Part shown: positions 1-36,800 of the stretch, in pieces
How positions within the stretch are numbered: position 1 is the first letter of the stretch
How the letters are laid out: each line of letters starts with the position of its first letter
Source of the DNA: Rhynchobatus australiae
Taxonomy: Eukaryota
Reading direction: 5' to 3'
Length of the DNA: 58,676 nucleotides
NCBI GenBank assembly: GCA_034780895.1
Contig: JAUZTB010000042.1
Span: 15,129,935-15,188,610, forward strand
The notes under the pieces: model-generated
Told to the model about the DNA's origin: nothing
What the model saw: only the letters and a program-made list of their open reading frames with translations
The model's database searches: none
Position numbers and translations under genes: made by a program

Positions 1-14
1 AAAGGAAGGAAGGA

Positions 15-125
15 ATTGTCAACATTTCGGGTCCTGCTTCAGGGTTTTGATCCAGAATATCAACGATTCCTCACCCCTCCACAGATGCTGCTCAACCCAC
101 TGCGTTCCTCCAGCAGATTGTTCGT
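15..125 (+). repeat. Penelope-like terminal fragment (short interspersed repeat)
   Basis: cctccacagatgctgctcaacccactgcgttcctccagcagattg; the same motif recurs at about 15950, 30490-30560 and 46000. Confidence 0.5.
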
Positions 126-261
126 TGGACTAGGTGTTGCCAACTGCCCTTTAAGATAATTTGGCAAGCTAGATACTTCAGGAAGACAGTGGGAATGGGA
201 TATGGATGCTGACCTTGTTAGTGATCTCCACGTCTGTGATCAAGTAAGGAAATAAAAGAAA

Positions 262-420
262 CCTAGAAATGTAGGAGGTGGCCTCTCAGTTCAAGCCTGC
301 TCCACCATTCAATGTGATCATGGCTATCATCCAAATTCAGTACCCTGTTCTTGCTTTCTCCCCACATCCCTTGATCCCTATAGCCTTTGGAACTATATCC
401 AACTCCTCCTTGAATATGAG
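262..420 (-). mobile_element. CR1-type LINE 3' end fragment
   Basis: caagcctgctccaccattcaatgtgatcatggct...ccccacatcccttgatcc; a similar copy lies at 52405-52610. Confidence 0.5.
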
Positions 421-484
421 GGAACTAGATGCGGTCTGTTCATGTTGGGGCAGGTCATCCACATGCGTGATGTCCCTTGTGGAG

Positions 485-690
485 TAACGTTTGTGGGTTG
501 GAGTCACAGCTGACCCAGACTGGACCAGAGTGGCAAGTTTCCCTCCCTAAAGGGCAGGTGATCCAGAGGGGGTTGTGCGACAATCTGGTAGCTTTATAGT
601 AACAGTAACGGTGACCATCTTTTATCCCAGATTTACTTCATTTACTAAATCTAATTTTCTAGCATCCTGATCCATAGTCCAGGCTGACAA
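485..690 (-). mobile_element. SINE fragment, same family as 24325-24660
   Basis: Shares ...ggagtcaca...tttccctccctaaggg...acaatctggtag...ccagattt with the 24.3-kb copy. Confidence 0.45.
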
Positions 691-887
691 CATCCTGTAT
701 TCCATTCACAGATGTGCTTTGTGACTTATTTCTATGGCATAAGTGGGACAAAGCAGTGTGCCTAAACCTGACCTCGGTCTGGGAGGCAGGTACGGAGGAA
801 CAAAATATCAAAAACCTGTTTGCAGTAATACAACGTGACCACTTGGATTATTTTTTTTAAAAAAACAAACATTTCTCCCCACACCCA

Positions 888-1815
888 AGGGTAGCACAGT
901 GATGCAGCTACTGCTTCACAGCTCCAGGGAGCCCGGTTAAATCCTGACCTCCCCGATCTCCCTGTTGTGACTTTGAATGAGCCACATGGAGATTGGAGCC
1001 GTAGATGTGAAAGGTCCTTATTCAACACGAGAAGGTGGCATTCTGGAAGAAACTCTCTGAACTCAGAAGTTTACTCAGGTTTTATACTCTTTAAGCACAA
1101 AGATAACAGGAAGTTATTAAATACAGTGTCAATAGNNNNNNNNNNNNNNNNNNNNNNNNNNNNNNNNNNNNNNNNNNNNNNNNNNNNNNNNNNNNNNNNN
1201 NNNNNNNNNNNNNNNNNNNNNNNNNNNNNNNNNNNCACAAAGATAACAGGAAGTTATTAAATACAGTGTCAATAGTCACAATTACTGTTTACTTCAACAT
1301 TCTACGTGCAGACATATGGCTCCATAAAATACTTAATGAGAGTACATCTCAACTGACAAGATAACTTCTGCATATTCAAACACCTTTGCTAGGAATCCAG
1401 ACACCCAAAACAGCCTTCTTTTACCACTGCATCGAGGCAGCTCTCTGCAGACAATGGTGTGTATTCTCATGCAGCTATCCTCACCTTAGATTGAAGACTG
1501 GTTCTCTTTTGTACTAACTGGCTGATAAACCCATCCCATAACTCCTGAAAGATGCCCCATACTCAACAATCGCCTAACACTCCCTGTGACCATATGAGTT
1601 TCCCCCAGGGGCTCCAGTTTCCAAAGATGCGCTGGTATGTTAATTGGCTCCTGCAAATTATCCCTCAGTGCAGATAAGAAATCAGAAGTATTAAAGAGGA
1701 TTGGGAATGCAAGGTACAGGCTATTGGAAAATAAGGAGAAGGGGAAATGGCACCCATGGTATTGCTCTGTTGAGAGCTGGCATGGACTAGATGGGCAGAA
1801 TAGCCTCCTGTGTTG
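888..1815 (+). mobile_element. HE1/V-SINE-like tRNA-derived SINE, split by a solo-LTR insertion (SINE parts about 888-962 and 1580-1815)
   Basis: The head gggtagcacagtg...ctgcttcacagctccagggagcccggttaaatcctgacctcc continues after the insert as ctccctgtgacc...ggctccagtttccaaagatg...aattggctcctgcaaattatccc and ends in a CR1-like tail (gcatggactagatgggcagaatagcctcc). Confidence 0.7.
963..1579 (-). mobile_element. Putative solo LTR, about 477 bp after collapsing the false gap
   Basis: Termini TGTT...AACA; 5-bp target-site duplication CTCCC (958-962 and 1580-1584); minus-strand TATAAAA near 1079-1085 and an AATAAG variant near 1017-1022. Confidence 0.65.
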
Positions 1816-3609
1816 CAGGAAGCAAAGTCACGTTGTGGGTGCACAGGCAATGTCTTTCTCCCTCAAACACACATCCCCACAGTCAGTTAATGCAGTAACT
1901 CTCCAACTCCAGCCCAAAATATTTAAATCTGCAGGCAGAGGGCAGTTGTACTCATTACCAACCAACAGAATTTCTAGATGCTCCATATCACAACTGATAA
2001 ACTTAATGAATTTAGCCCTAATTCCTGTCATTTCATCCTTTGAATGAGAACAATTAAAGTTGAATCAAGAAATCAACATTCTCAGTTTCTTCCTCCGAGT
2101 AGCAATTAGATTAAAATTATGAACCTTGCTCTACTTGGAGTGGTTCTGGTTTATTTTGTCATCTAAATGTTGCTGCAAGACAAAACAGAACTTAGTCAAA
2201 GGAAATGTGTGTGTGTTGCAACTTTTCTGCCGTATTATTTTGCTGTTGGTTGAAATCTTGTCCCAAGACACTTCCAGAGCAAGGGACAGGCTGGATTTTA
2301 TTAGCCTGCCTAACTATTGGGAACATGTGGATAATCAGCAGAATAACCTCCTCCACCTACTGACGCAGGACAACGCACATCAGGACACAACTAAAGATCA
2401 ATTCAATACTGGAGGCATTGTCTATAGCAAGTAAGAGAAGCTACTTAGAAACTATACAAAAAGTGCAAGACANNNNNNNNNNNNNNNNNNNNNNNNNNNN
2501 NNNNNNNNNNNNNNNNNNNNNNNNNNNNNNNNNNNNNNNNNNNNNNNNNNNNNNNNNNNNNNNNNNNNNNNNNNNNNNNNNNNNNNNNNNNNNNNNNNNN
2601 NNNNNNNNNNNNNNNNNNNNNNNNNNNNNNNNNNNNNNNNNNNNNNNNNNNNNNNNNNNNNNNNNNNNNNNNNNNNNNNNNNNNNNNNNNNNNNNNNNNN
2701 NNNNNNNNNNNNNNNNNNNNNNNNNNNNNNNNNNNNNNNNNNNNNNNNNNNNNNNNNNNNNNNNNNNNNNNNNNNNNNNNNNNNNNNNNNNNNNNNNNNN
2801 NNNNNNNNNNNNNNNNNNNNNNNNNNNNNNNNNNNNNNNNNNNNNNNNNNNNNNNNNNNNNNNNNNNNNNNNNNNNNNNNNNNNNNNNNNNNNNNNNNNN
2901 NNNNNNNNNNNNNNNNNAAAGGGACTGGTTGAAATGTCGGTGTGAAAATGGATATGCATTTGTTAAATGAAAATAGCTGGGCAAGGGTTCTCATCATGAA
3001 TTGTGCAATTACTGAGACAAATATGAAACAAATATGTTCCAATTCTTTCCTCCTCATCTTCTCAACAGCACTGGATAATTAAGCCCTAACCAAAGTAAGC
3101 TCTGCTTTGGAGAATAGAAAAAAAAGGTGGAAGAAAATGTAAAAGCCAACAATAAATAAAGTAATTTTTAAAGTTAACTTTGAATTGCTACCCTGTATTG
3201 CTTGCAGCACTGATTCAATAGCAACCCCAGCCCGTACAACACAAGGCTTTCTCTTTCCTCTGAATGCTTCCATTTCCAATAGGCCACTGTGGAATTCCCA
3301 TATGGAACATCCATACATCTGCAAGTGGCAGAAGGGGAATCGGAGAACACTTTTCCCCAGGCATCTCAGAAGACAAATGGCACCGCTCACCATTTCCACA
3401 CTCCTGACGCTGGTCTTGGTGCCCTGGCCTCCAGCTCGACAGGAGCTGCACCTACAGGAGCAGGCTTTCCTCGAGAAAGCCGCCAGCCTGACACACAGCC
3501 CGCCTACATCATCATCCTAGCCGACAGGTGAAGCAGCGGCTCTGAAGGTCATCCTCCTCAATGCGTTTGGTGTTGGGAGTAACGGCAAGGCTTGTAAGCA
3601 GCATTTTCT

Positions 3610-3780
3610 TTAACCCGAGCAAAAGGTCCCCAAGAACAATAGTCGTGCCTTTGTAAAGTGGCAGGATTTCCCAGAGCACCGGAAGTTATACGTGCTGAAT
3701 GGGTCAGTCATGCTGCCTTCATCCATCAGCTGGGTCCACTCACTCATTTGTGGCCAGCAGCATTGTAGCACATGGCGTTG
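3610..3780 (-). mobile_element. Highly decayed LINE (RTE-like) AP-endonuclease remnant
   Basis: The minus strand reads SEWTQLMDEGSMTDPFSTYNFRCSGKS followed by TIVLGD, resembling recalled RTE endonuclease motifs (SETRL.DEG...YTF.WSGK; IVLGDFNARV). Confidence 0.35.
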
Positions 3781-5789
3781 GTTTACCTTCAGTGCACTGA
3801 GTTTTGAAAGTACCCTTCACTTTGGGTTGATGGTGTAGTCCTTAGAGTCTCCAGAACGAGGGAGGAGAGGAAAGGGCACTAGGATATAAATGTCAGCTCG
3901 AAGCTGTCAACAAATGGNNNNNNNNNNNNNNNNNNNNNNNNNNNNNNNNNNNNNNNNNNNNNNNNNNNNNNNNNNNNNNNNNNNNNNNNNNNNNNNNNNN
4001 NNNNNNNNNNNNNNNNNTGTCAACAAATGGATTGCAGTGCCGGCACTCAAATGCTGCAGACATTTAAATCCTAGTGCCCTTTTCCTCTCCTCCCTCCCAC
4101 AGTGGGTTCCAAATCAATCAGAGACAAGAGCCCGTCCACGCTTTGCAGATGAAGCTGACCTCACATCTCAGGTCAGCAAAGAGTGCAACTACTTCAGAAA
4201 CTGAAAGAAAGACCAAAGGGGTGTTTAGTCTTCACAAGAACATTTCAAAATCTGTATTCCCAATCCATTCCTAGTCAGATATCAAGGGTCGCAAAGGAAA
4301 TAGTGACAGATTTGTGTTCCCTCCCAATGCACGTCATTAGNNNNNNNNNNGCGAGTGACACCACACTATTATCTGGTAGACCACGAAGATCCACAAGACA
4401 GTTTGGTTCCCCCCCCCCCCCCAATAAATTGCTATCTATTAAATCAGAAGTGTATTTTCCTTGCAAATAAAGTGAATGTGCTAATTAAATCAATCAACGT
4501 TCAGTAAACAGGCGGCTTTGAGCAGTCTGGGAGTTAATATTCACTGCACGGATCAGTTTGTGGAAGACAGTTTATCTCAGCTCAGCTGAGATCTGACAAA
4601 TATAAATAAATGTCTTCAGCTTTGGGATTGCACTACACACTCCATGCAACGGATTTGATCGAAATCAAAGGGAAACATTAAGGGAACTATTCTGGCTCTA
4701 CTCAAGTCGACAAACCCAAGCACCTGCTGCTTTTGCTCCNNNNNNNNNNNNNNNNNNNNNNNNNNNNNNNNNNNNNNNNNNNNNNNNNNNNNNNNNNNNN
4801 NNNNNNNNNNNNNNNNNNNNNNNNNNNNNNNNNNNNNNNTGTGCGACTTGTGGGGGAACTTGAAGGTGGCATTCCCAAGCACCTGCTGCTTTTGCTCCTA
4901 CGCCAACTGCAAACGAACCAGAGCAATGCTAACTCTTTAATTAACTGACAGAGGAACTTGTCAGATCTCCGCACACAGCTCAGTTATGCTGCAGTCTTAA
5001 TCACAGCATCATAAGGCAGAGTTCATTACAATGCAGTACATAACTCCTGTCTTGCAGCAAAAGTAATGACCTTTACAAATCTTGGAGCTTCAGGAGAAGG
5101 CGAGAGTGAGTGAGCATAGGAAAAGGGAGAGGAGGTGGGAGAGGAAAGTAGAAAGCATTTTAAATATCCTGCTCCCATTCACAGGAGTTTTGCATTGCAC
5201 AGAGCAAGGTGAAATAAAGCAGATTAAATTCAGACACTGCTAACAGCATGGATGCCCATTTTCCATGTCAACTGCACATGAAAGGGCTACGAGAAATTTG
5301 TTTGACCAACTTAAACATAGGATCTAAAGAATTCCTGTCAATGCCTTAAAACCTGCCATTACTCCATAGTAATTGACGCTGAACAGTTTATTATAAAACC
5401 ATAAAATGTTTATTAATCTATACAAATAATAAGAGCCAAATGAATTACTCTCCTGGGGAATCAAACAGCTTTAATAACTTACTAACCAAATCACGAGCCT
5501 TCAACATAACCACGCAATATAAAAACATTTCATCAAGTATCACAAATTTAAATGGTTCTGTTGTTTCATCAACTGTAGCCTGATTTTGGATCCAAGCTTC
5601 TGAAAAGGCCCAGTTGTGCATGCAGTGCCATCCATGGCTATCGATTCCCACACTATGGTATGGGGAAAGCTCAGCCACTTGGCCAGATGTGGATTGATCA
5701 GAGAAAGCCAGAATGGATCAGCTAAAAGGTGCATTGTGTCAAACTAAACCAATGAAGTAGCAGAGAGGGCTGATGAGGGAATTGCAGTT

Positions 5790-6840
5790 CATGTGATTAT
5801 ATGTAAGCTTCTGAACAGCACGATCTGGGGGTGCACATAAATCGCCTTGTCATCAAGATTGAGGGCCATGGAATAAATGGAGCTGTAGCAACACACATAG
5901 AAAATTGGTTAGTAACAGGAAATCTGCAGGAGTGGTGGAAGGTTGCTCTTCTCACTGGAGGGAAGTGTGCAGTGGGGTTCCCCAGGGTTGGTACTAAGAC
6001 CACTACTTTCCTCAATATTTGGGGTATTGTGGAAAGGGTTTGGACTTGGGGTACATGTCATAATTTCCAAATGCACAGGTGACAAAACTCATACAGAGCT
6101 GTTAGGAGGATAGTAATAAGCTTTAAGGGATTCACACACACTGGTGGAATGGGTGGATAGGTGGAAGATAAAATGCAATGCTGAAATGTGAAGTGTTACA
6201 TTTTGGTAGGAAGAATGGGAAGAGGTAACTTCAACCTGCAGGCACAATTCTCAAAGGGGTACAAGAACAGAGACCCCTCAGGTATTTGTACATAGTTAAT
6301 TAAAAGAGGCAGGGCACAGTGAGTAAGTGGTTTAAAAAGTATATAGGATCCTGGCAATTTACACAGAGGCAGAGAGTACAAGCACAAGTCAAGATGGTTT
6401 GGCAACTGCAATACTGGGTCCAGTCCTGGGCACCAGCTCTGGGGAAAAATGTGAAGGCTTTGGGAAGGATGCAGAAGAGATTTTCCAAAATGATTCTGGT
6501 GCTGAGCAACTTTAGTTATGTGAATATTCTGGAGAAGCTGGGGTTGTCCTCCTTGGAGTAGAGGAGGTTGATGGAAGATCTCATAGGAGGCAGTTAAAAA
6601 TCATGAAGGGTATAGGCAGAGCAGCTAGAGTGAAACTTTCCATTGGTGAAGGCATCAAGATTAGAGGATAAAATAAAAAGGTGATTGGCAAAAGGACAAA
6701 AGATCACGTGAGGATCGTGAGGAAAAAAAAACCACAGCATGTAGTTAGGGTCTAGTTTGCACTGTGGGGGTAGTGGTGGAGGTAGATTCAATTATAGTAT
6801 TCAAAAAGAGGGTGGATAAGTAATAAAAGGAAATATTTAC
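5790..6840 (+). mobile_element. Degraded CR1-clade LINE, 3' part of RT ORF2
   Basis: Frameshifted fragments KIEGHGINGAVATHIENWL, GFPRV (cf. GVPQG), KCEVLHFGRKN and QYWVQSWAP...MQKRFSKMI...LEKLGLSSLE. Confidence 0.75.
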
Positions 6841-9590
6841 NNNNNNNNNNNNNNNNNNNNNNNNNNNNNNNNNNNNNNNNNNNNNNNNNNNNNNNNNNNN
6901 NNNNNNNNNNNNNNNNNNNNNNNNNNNNNNNNNNNNNNNNNNNNNNNNNNNNNNNNNNNNNNNNNNNNNNNNNNNNNNNNNNNNNNNNNNNNNNNNNNNN
7001 NNNNNNNNNNNNNNNNNNTTTATTAGATATAAAAATCAAAAGCCTTACCTTTCAGTTTGTTAAAACAGTCTTGTTTATACTTTAGAATCAGTGCTGTTTC
7101 ATTCACTGCCTTTGAACTGACTGAAATAAGTTGTACTAATAATAGCAGAAGCTAAATAACTCGGACTGTTGTGGAGAAGGCAGGAAAAGAAAACCAGCAA
7201 TGGCATACAGACAGTCACTTTGTCAGGAACAGGTAGGCATGCAGGTACCTCTTAAATGAATGAAACTTAATGGTTGCAAATCCAGGCCAAATATTACTAG
7301 CAGCCTGGTGTAGCTTTTACACTTCTGTGAACAGTGCAAACACAAATTACCATCACAAGCATCTGCACATGCAATTCTAGATCTTGCCACAAGGTTACAT
7401 GAATGGCCCAGTCCCAATCATCAGGCAGATTTTAGAATCAAACTTTATATTTAAAATAAAAGGCACAACACAGCAAACACAACACAGACTAGTGGGTGTG
7501 GTCAACCTACCCAAAATGCACTGCAGGAAGGAGAAGCATCACCCTGGTGATGAGAAATTGCAGTGTTGTCAGTTGGATGATGTTACGAGCATGGGGACAG
7601 CTATCAATGAACCCCTTGGCAAACTACTAACATTAATTTTTGAGAAGACACGTTTCCACAACTGAAATAAACAGAGGTGTTGGGGGAGAAAAGAAGGTGG
7701 TGCCCTTGGGAAAGCATTTGCACTTTTTATAATACTTATTTTAAAAGGTCCACCATTCTCCCCAAGATCTCTCCCCACATCTCTCGTCCTCCTCTGCATG
7801 TGCCAATTAATGCAATCAAACAGGCATCAGCTCTTTATCTCACCCAAAGTAGATCTACATTTGTGATCCTTAACTGTTTAAACTGAGCTTGGGGAAGGAA
7901 GTGACAGAATGGAGCTAATCCTATCTTCTAGCAGAGACCTCAACAGGTAACCAAATATCAATCTAGAGCAGGAATTTCAATTGACTTTTCTCTGTCCTGG
8001 GGATAAAGTTAACCGTAGCATCCCAATTGTTGTCCTGGAAACAATAATGATAGAACAAAACTTACAGTGTAGATCAGTCAAAATCACAGTGCCATAGTTT
8101 ATCCATGTATTTTATTCATGCAGAGTGATGCAATTAAAACACAGGGATCCATTTATAAACAGAATCTGGTGAATGCATTTTGTTTAGAATACAGAGTGCA
8201 CAGGAAATGCCACTGATGAGTATACATTAAGCAGTTGTAGTGGGGCTGGAATGAAAAGGCATCAGCCATTTTATCCTGTTTCACATATATTCAATATCTG
8301 TACATGAGAAATTATCAGTTTGAGGTAGCAGATAACATTGGAGGATGACCCTTTGCTCTACCCTCTCTGCCATGCACTGACACCTCCTGGCTCTCTTTCT
8401 CTTCCACAGCTCAGGGCCTCGCTCTTCAAGATGTGCCCAGGACTGTTATTTTTCGTAGTTCTTCCAGCATCCACAGTCCTTTGTTTCTCGACTCTTATTT
8501 AAGTCTGCTGCATCTTTTGGACAACTTGCTAGCACCATTCAACATCACCTCCCTGACCAAGACCAGGAACCGGCTGGTCACAACACCACAAGCCACACCA
8601 GAGCAGTGCTTCCAATTTGCACCTTCCCCTGACTCCAACTACGGCATAAGACTGGCTTTGCGCTAAAGCAACCATTTAATCTTCACACTTAATCACTTTA
8701 ACAACAATGAAACTAGGGAGGATTCTATTAAAAAAGGCTCTTTTGCACCTCATTGTCACTTGATCAATTGAATGGAAATCTTCATCAACAGCGCTGTCAG
8801 GCAGCTAAAATATGGTTCATTCTGGGTCTGACTGTGCTCAACTTGGTCCTCATCTGACATTTGAACTTAAGTTCCCATGGCTGCACTTGCCTTTTGAGGT
8901 CCCTCTCCTCCTAGGTCTAACCGAGCTTCAGGCCTCACTGTTGGGAGGCAGAGTAATTTAGGAGTGGTGAGTGGGCCTCGGATGTTGGACCCCACCCCTA
9001 CCCAAAGAAAACTAATGGGCTTTTGACACTGTGTTGTGAAAACCTTTTCAAGTGTTTTGGAATGTCGCTGGTAACGAGAGATTTTTAAAATGAGATTGAA
9101 ATGNNNNNNNNNNNNNNNNNNNNNNNNNNNNNNNNNNNNTACTCTTTCTATTTTCTTGTAATTAAAATAAAGAGAAATAAACAACTTTACTATTTCTATC
9201 CAGGTTGGTGACTCCATTCATGCTACACACATCAACTGCAGCCGCTGTAAAGCTGAGGGGTCAGATGCCAAGTGTATCCTGCCCCTCAGCTCAGGATGAC
9301 TGAACTGAGTGCAGAGTCCGGCGGTGGAGTGAGGAGAGGTCAGGGTGCACTTGTGACTGACCTCCAGTGCATTCCTGACTTCTATGTTGCAAGGAGCTAG
9401 TGCAAAAGTCAGGGACAGACCTTCTCCTATGGCTCTCTTCCAAACTGCTGTTAAAGGCAACGATATCTCGGCTCTTCATTTCTGAATGGTGAACATTACC
9501 AAATAACATCCCCTGACATGGTTAAACTAACCTCTGCATTGTGGAAAGGTTGAGGGGAACAGATGACTCCGAGAGTCATCTCCTGCCCTA

Positions 9591-33880
<24,290 letters not shown>

Positions 33881-36800
33881 TTAATTGGAAGTTTAAATAA
33901 ACATTTCCCCCAACATCTTGTGTAATCAACCTCTGCCAACAGGATTGCCAAACTCTTTTCTTACCTCCTTGAAACATTTTTTGCAAATTACAGTTCACTG
34001 TTCTAGGCCCCTGGAACAGGTCTTGCAATAAAATTAGCTCAAAATAAGTGAAAGAAACAGAGTCAACTGGGATGCTGAGCAGCAGAGCGCAGAAATTCTG
34101 TTCACATTTCCTTCTGCCATTTGAAATACTAAAAGGATGGATTTATCAGAATGTAGTATTGTCTAAAATCAACAAGATTTTGCCATGTTAGTAAGCCTAA
34201 CTGGTTTACCACCACACCACTAATTCTTAATTTAAAAATAACTGTTCCCCACGGTTGAAACACTGCAAGATTAAAGTTTCATAATGCACTTACTGAACCA
34301 CATTGGCATCATTTTAGTCTGATTCAATGACTGGTGTCCTCCAAACTGATTTTATAAACACCTATTTCTATTTAGTGTTTAAAACCTTTGTGCAAATCAG
34401 CACCGTAGTCAGACAATTTTGTATCCTCAAAAGGTATTAAAAGTGCACTAGACTTAACACTGATGATTTATGACTGTTGGAAGTTTTCACTTAGTAAGAC
34501 GACAAACCATTTTCTGCAGAACACTTTTGCAAGATGTGTCCATGCCTATAAAGGAGCCAAGGTGGTTCTTGCTTATCTCTTAAACATTTGGTGGGCTGAT
34601 GTGATACACAGTTAAAGTGCAAACACTGTGTTGGTGATTCTTGTGGTTTATACCATTTGATGCAGAACATTATTCAGAATGTATTCAACGCTATCTCCAA
34701 TGCTTTATTGTTCCCATAAACTACAACAATTTAAAACCATACAAAAAAGAAACATCAGATGCAAAGTGAAAAGCATGGTACTTGGTATTAATGGCCTCTG
34801 CTTTTGAGAGGCCATTAGTATTAAGTGATGATCCTTCAGCATTTCAATCAGAATTCAAAAACATCAATTATATTGAAGCTAATTTATTTGCACAAAAAAG
34901 TCAACTATTGAATGCAATAAATCAGTAAACAATTGATTGCAGAAATTCCACTGTTGCTATGGTTGCCATCAGTACAAGTATTCCAAACCCACAGTGGAGG
35001 ATACATTGGGAGGTAAATGACTTGCAGGAACTGTACCATATTGATCCACGTGATGCTAATTCCTCCCAAATAAGAGAAGGAATCAAGAGTTTGAAGCATT
35101 TATTTCAATGAGTAGGTGCATGAATCACGTTTAGGATTACCAGCGCCAAGGATGGGACAATTCTTAAGAGTGAGGATGTACCATTGAGGTGAGAGAAAAC
35201 AAACCCTACAACTCATTCGACTTTCCGCAGAGTCCCACCTACTCTGCCACTGTTTCCTCACACGCCCAGACAGCTGAAAGTGCCAAATTATCAGATTTCT
35301 ACCACAGAGCAATCCTGTCAGTGGTTGAGACTTCCAATAAAGCCAAGAATGCAAAAGAAAGGATGAATAATGTATTTCTCTTCTGCTGGAGCAGTTCCAG
35401 CTAATCCTGATTCCTCCCAGCGCCATTAGAAAAAATTGCAATTGATGACAGGTCAATGAGAATTCTGCTTTATAATCAATCTGTAGAACTTTCCATAATT
35501 TTATATAAGACTTTAAATTCTTTCTGTTGACAGTATTAAGTGCTTCAAACTGTCCCATTAAAATGCCCAGATTTGTAACTTTATTGAAATAATGAACTTT
35601 AGATCTTTATTACAGCTTTTGGACACCAAGCCGAGCAGCAATGTGAGTCTTCTATCAAATCCAGGAAGAAAGCTCAAAACTGGACAGTCAGCAATCAATT
35701 AAACCTTGAATCAGTAAAATTACTGTAGTCTGTTTTGCAGCTGGACTTTACCAGGTAAAAATGTAGCAATACCACTTACACAGGGCCTTATTCAGAGTTG
35801 CCTGTAAGCAAATCCATGAAGAAATTCTTGAACAGTTGTAATCCTACTGTGATCTTGAAGATCAACTTGGGATTTCTGGCTTCAGCTCAAATTATTGGAA
35901 GGGCCCACACAGCCCCTTTTCTTACAAATCCTTGGTTCTTCAGTTGATTAGCAGCCCCTATCACATATAGCCAGAGTCTCCATTTTGGCTCCATACTGCA
36001 GCTGTACCTTCCAAATCAAAGTTAAATTAACATCTTCTCGGACTAACGTGGTCTTCCCCACGCCCCTTTGGATATGCAGTGTATTTCCAGCATTTTCCGT
36101 TATTATTTCAGATTTCTGGCATCTGTAGTTTCATTCTTTTTGTAGGCTGTTGCTGGCACATTTATTGTCCTGGTAAGGAGTTGAAATTGAAAAAAAAATT
36201 GCAAAAAGAATTAATGCTTACATAAAGTAAAAATATAGAGCTAAAGATTCCTCAGTGTTGTAATCTGTATTAAAAGCATGTGGCAAGTTTGCTTAATGTG
36301 GTTTCAAAAGCTCGAAGAACAGTGCGATAGCGCACATTAAACACACAGCAATCTCCCCAGTTATTGGAGTGTGCCGATTACTTGGAGACACCAACGTCAA
36401 TTCTTCCAGACGTTTAGTCCAAAGAGCCTGGAGAGAAGATGGACCATAACTCTGCAAGTCCTATAGGGCTGTCTGCAGGTTGCCATCAGGAAGAAAACTT
36501 ACTCCACAGGGCTGACTAACGGGGAACATATTCTGTCTCATCACCCAAAAACCCTTCACCTGTAGGGCAGGGAATGGTGCAGGCACCATGTCCTGTGGAA
36601 GAAGAGCCCTTATAGTGCTAATAGAGCACAAGCTCACATACATTAGTGGGGCACCTTTCACGATGATAGAAACTTGGCACTAGTGGGCTACAGTCAGGGA
36701 GCAGAAAGGGAGTTACTGTTTCAGATCCACAGAAGTAGAGTCCAGACAACAGTGCTGACTCAGTGGTTGGATAATCCCTCTCAACAAGAGCCTTTTCCTA

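Noticed and set aside
4714-4898. Direct repeat cccaagcacctgctgcttttgctcc on both sides of an N gap, superficially like repeat-spacer structure
   Set aside because: There are only two copies and they flank an assembly gap in a vertebrate intron, so this is most likely an assembly or haplotype artefact, not CRISPR.
1-9290. Search for canonical KIAA0930 exons 8-10 (VTSFSTPP..., DLHNATNLRS..., DILEVRQKPILMT)
   Set aside because: Not found by eye; they probably lie beyond position 1 or in the sized gaps (2473-2917, 6841-7018), so gene truncation is not claimed.
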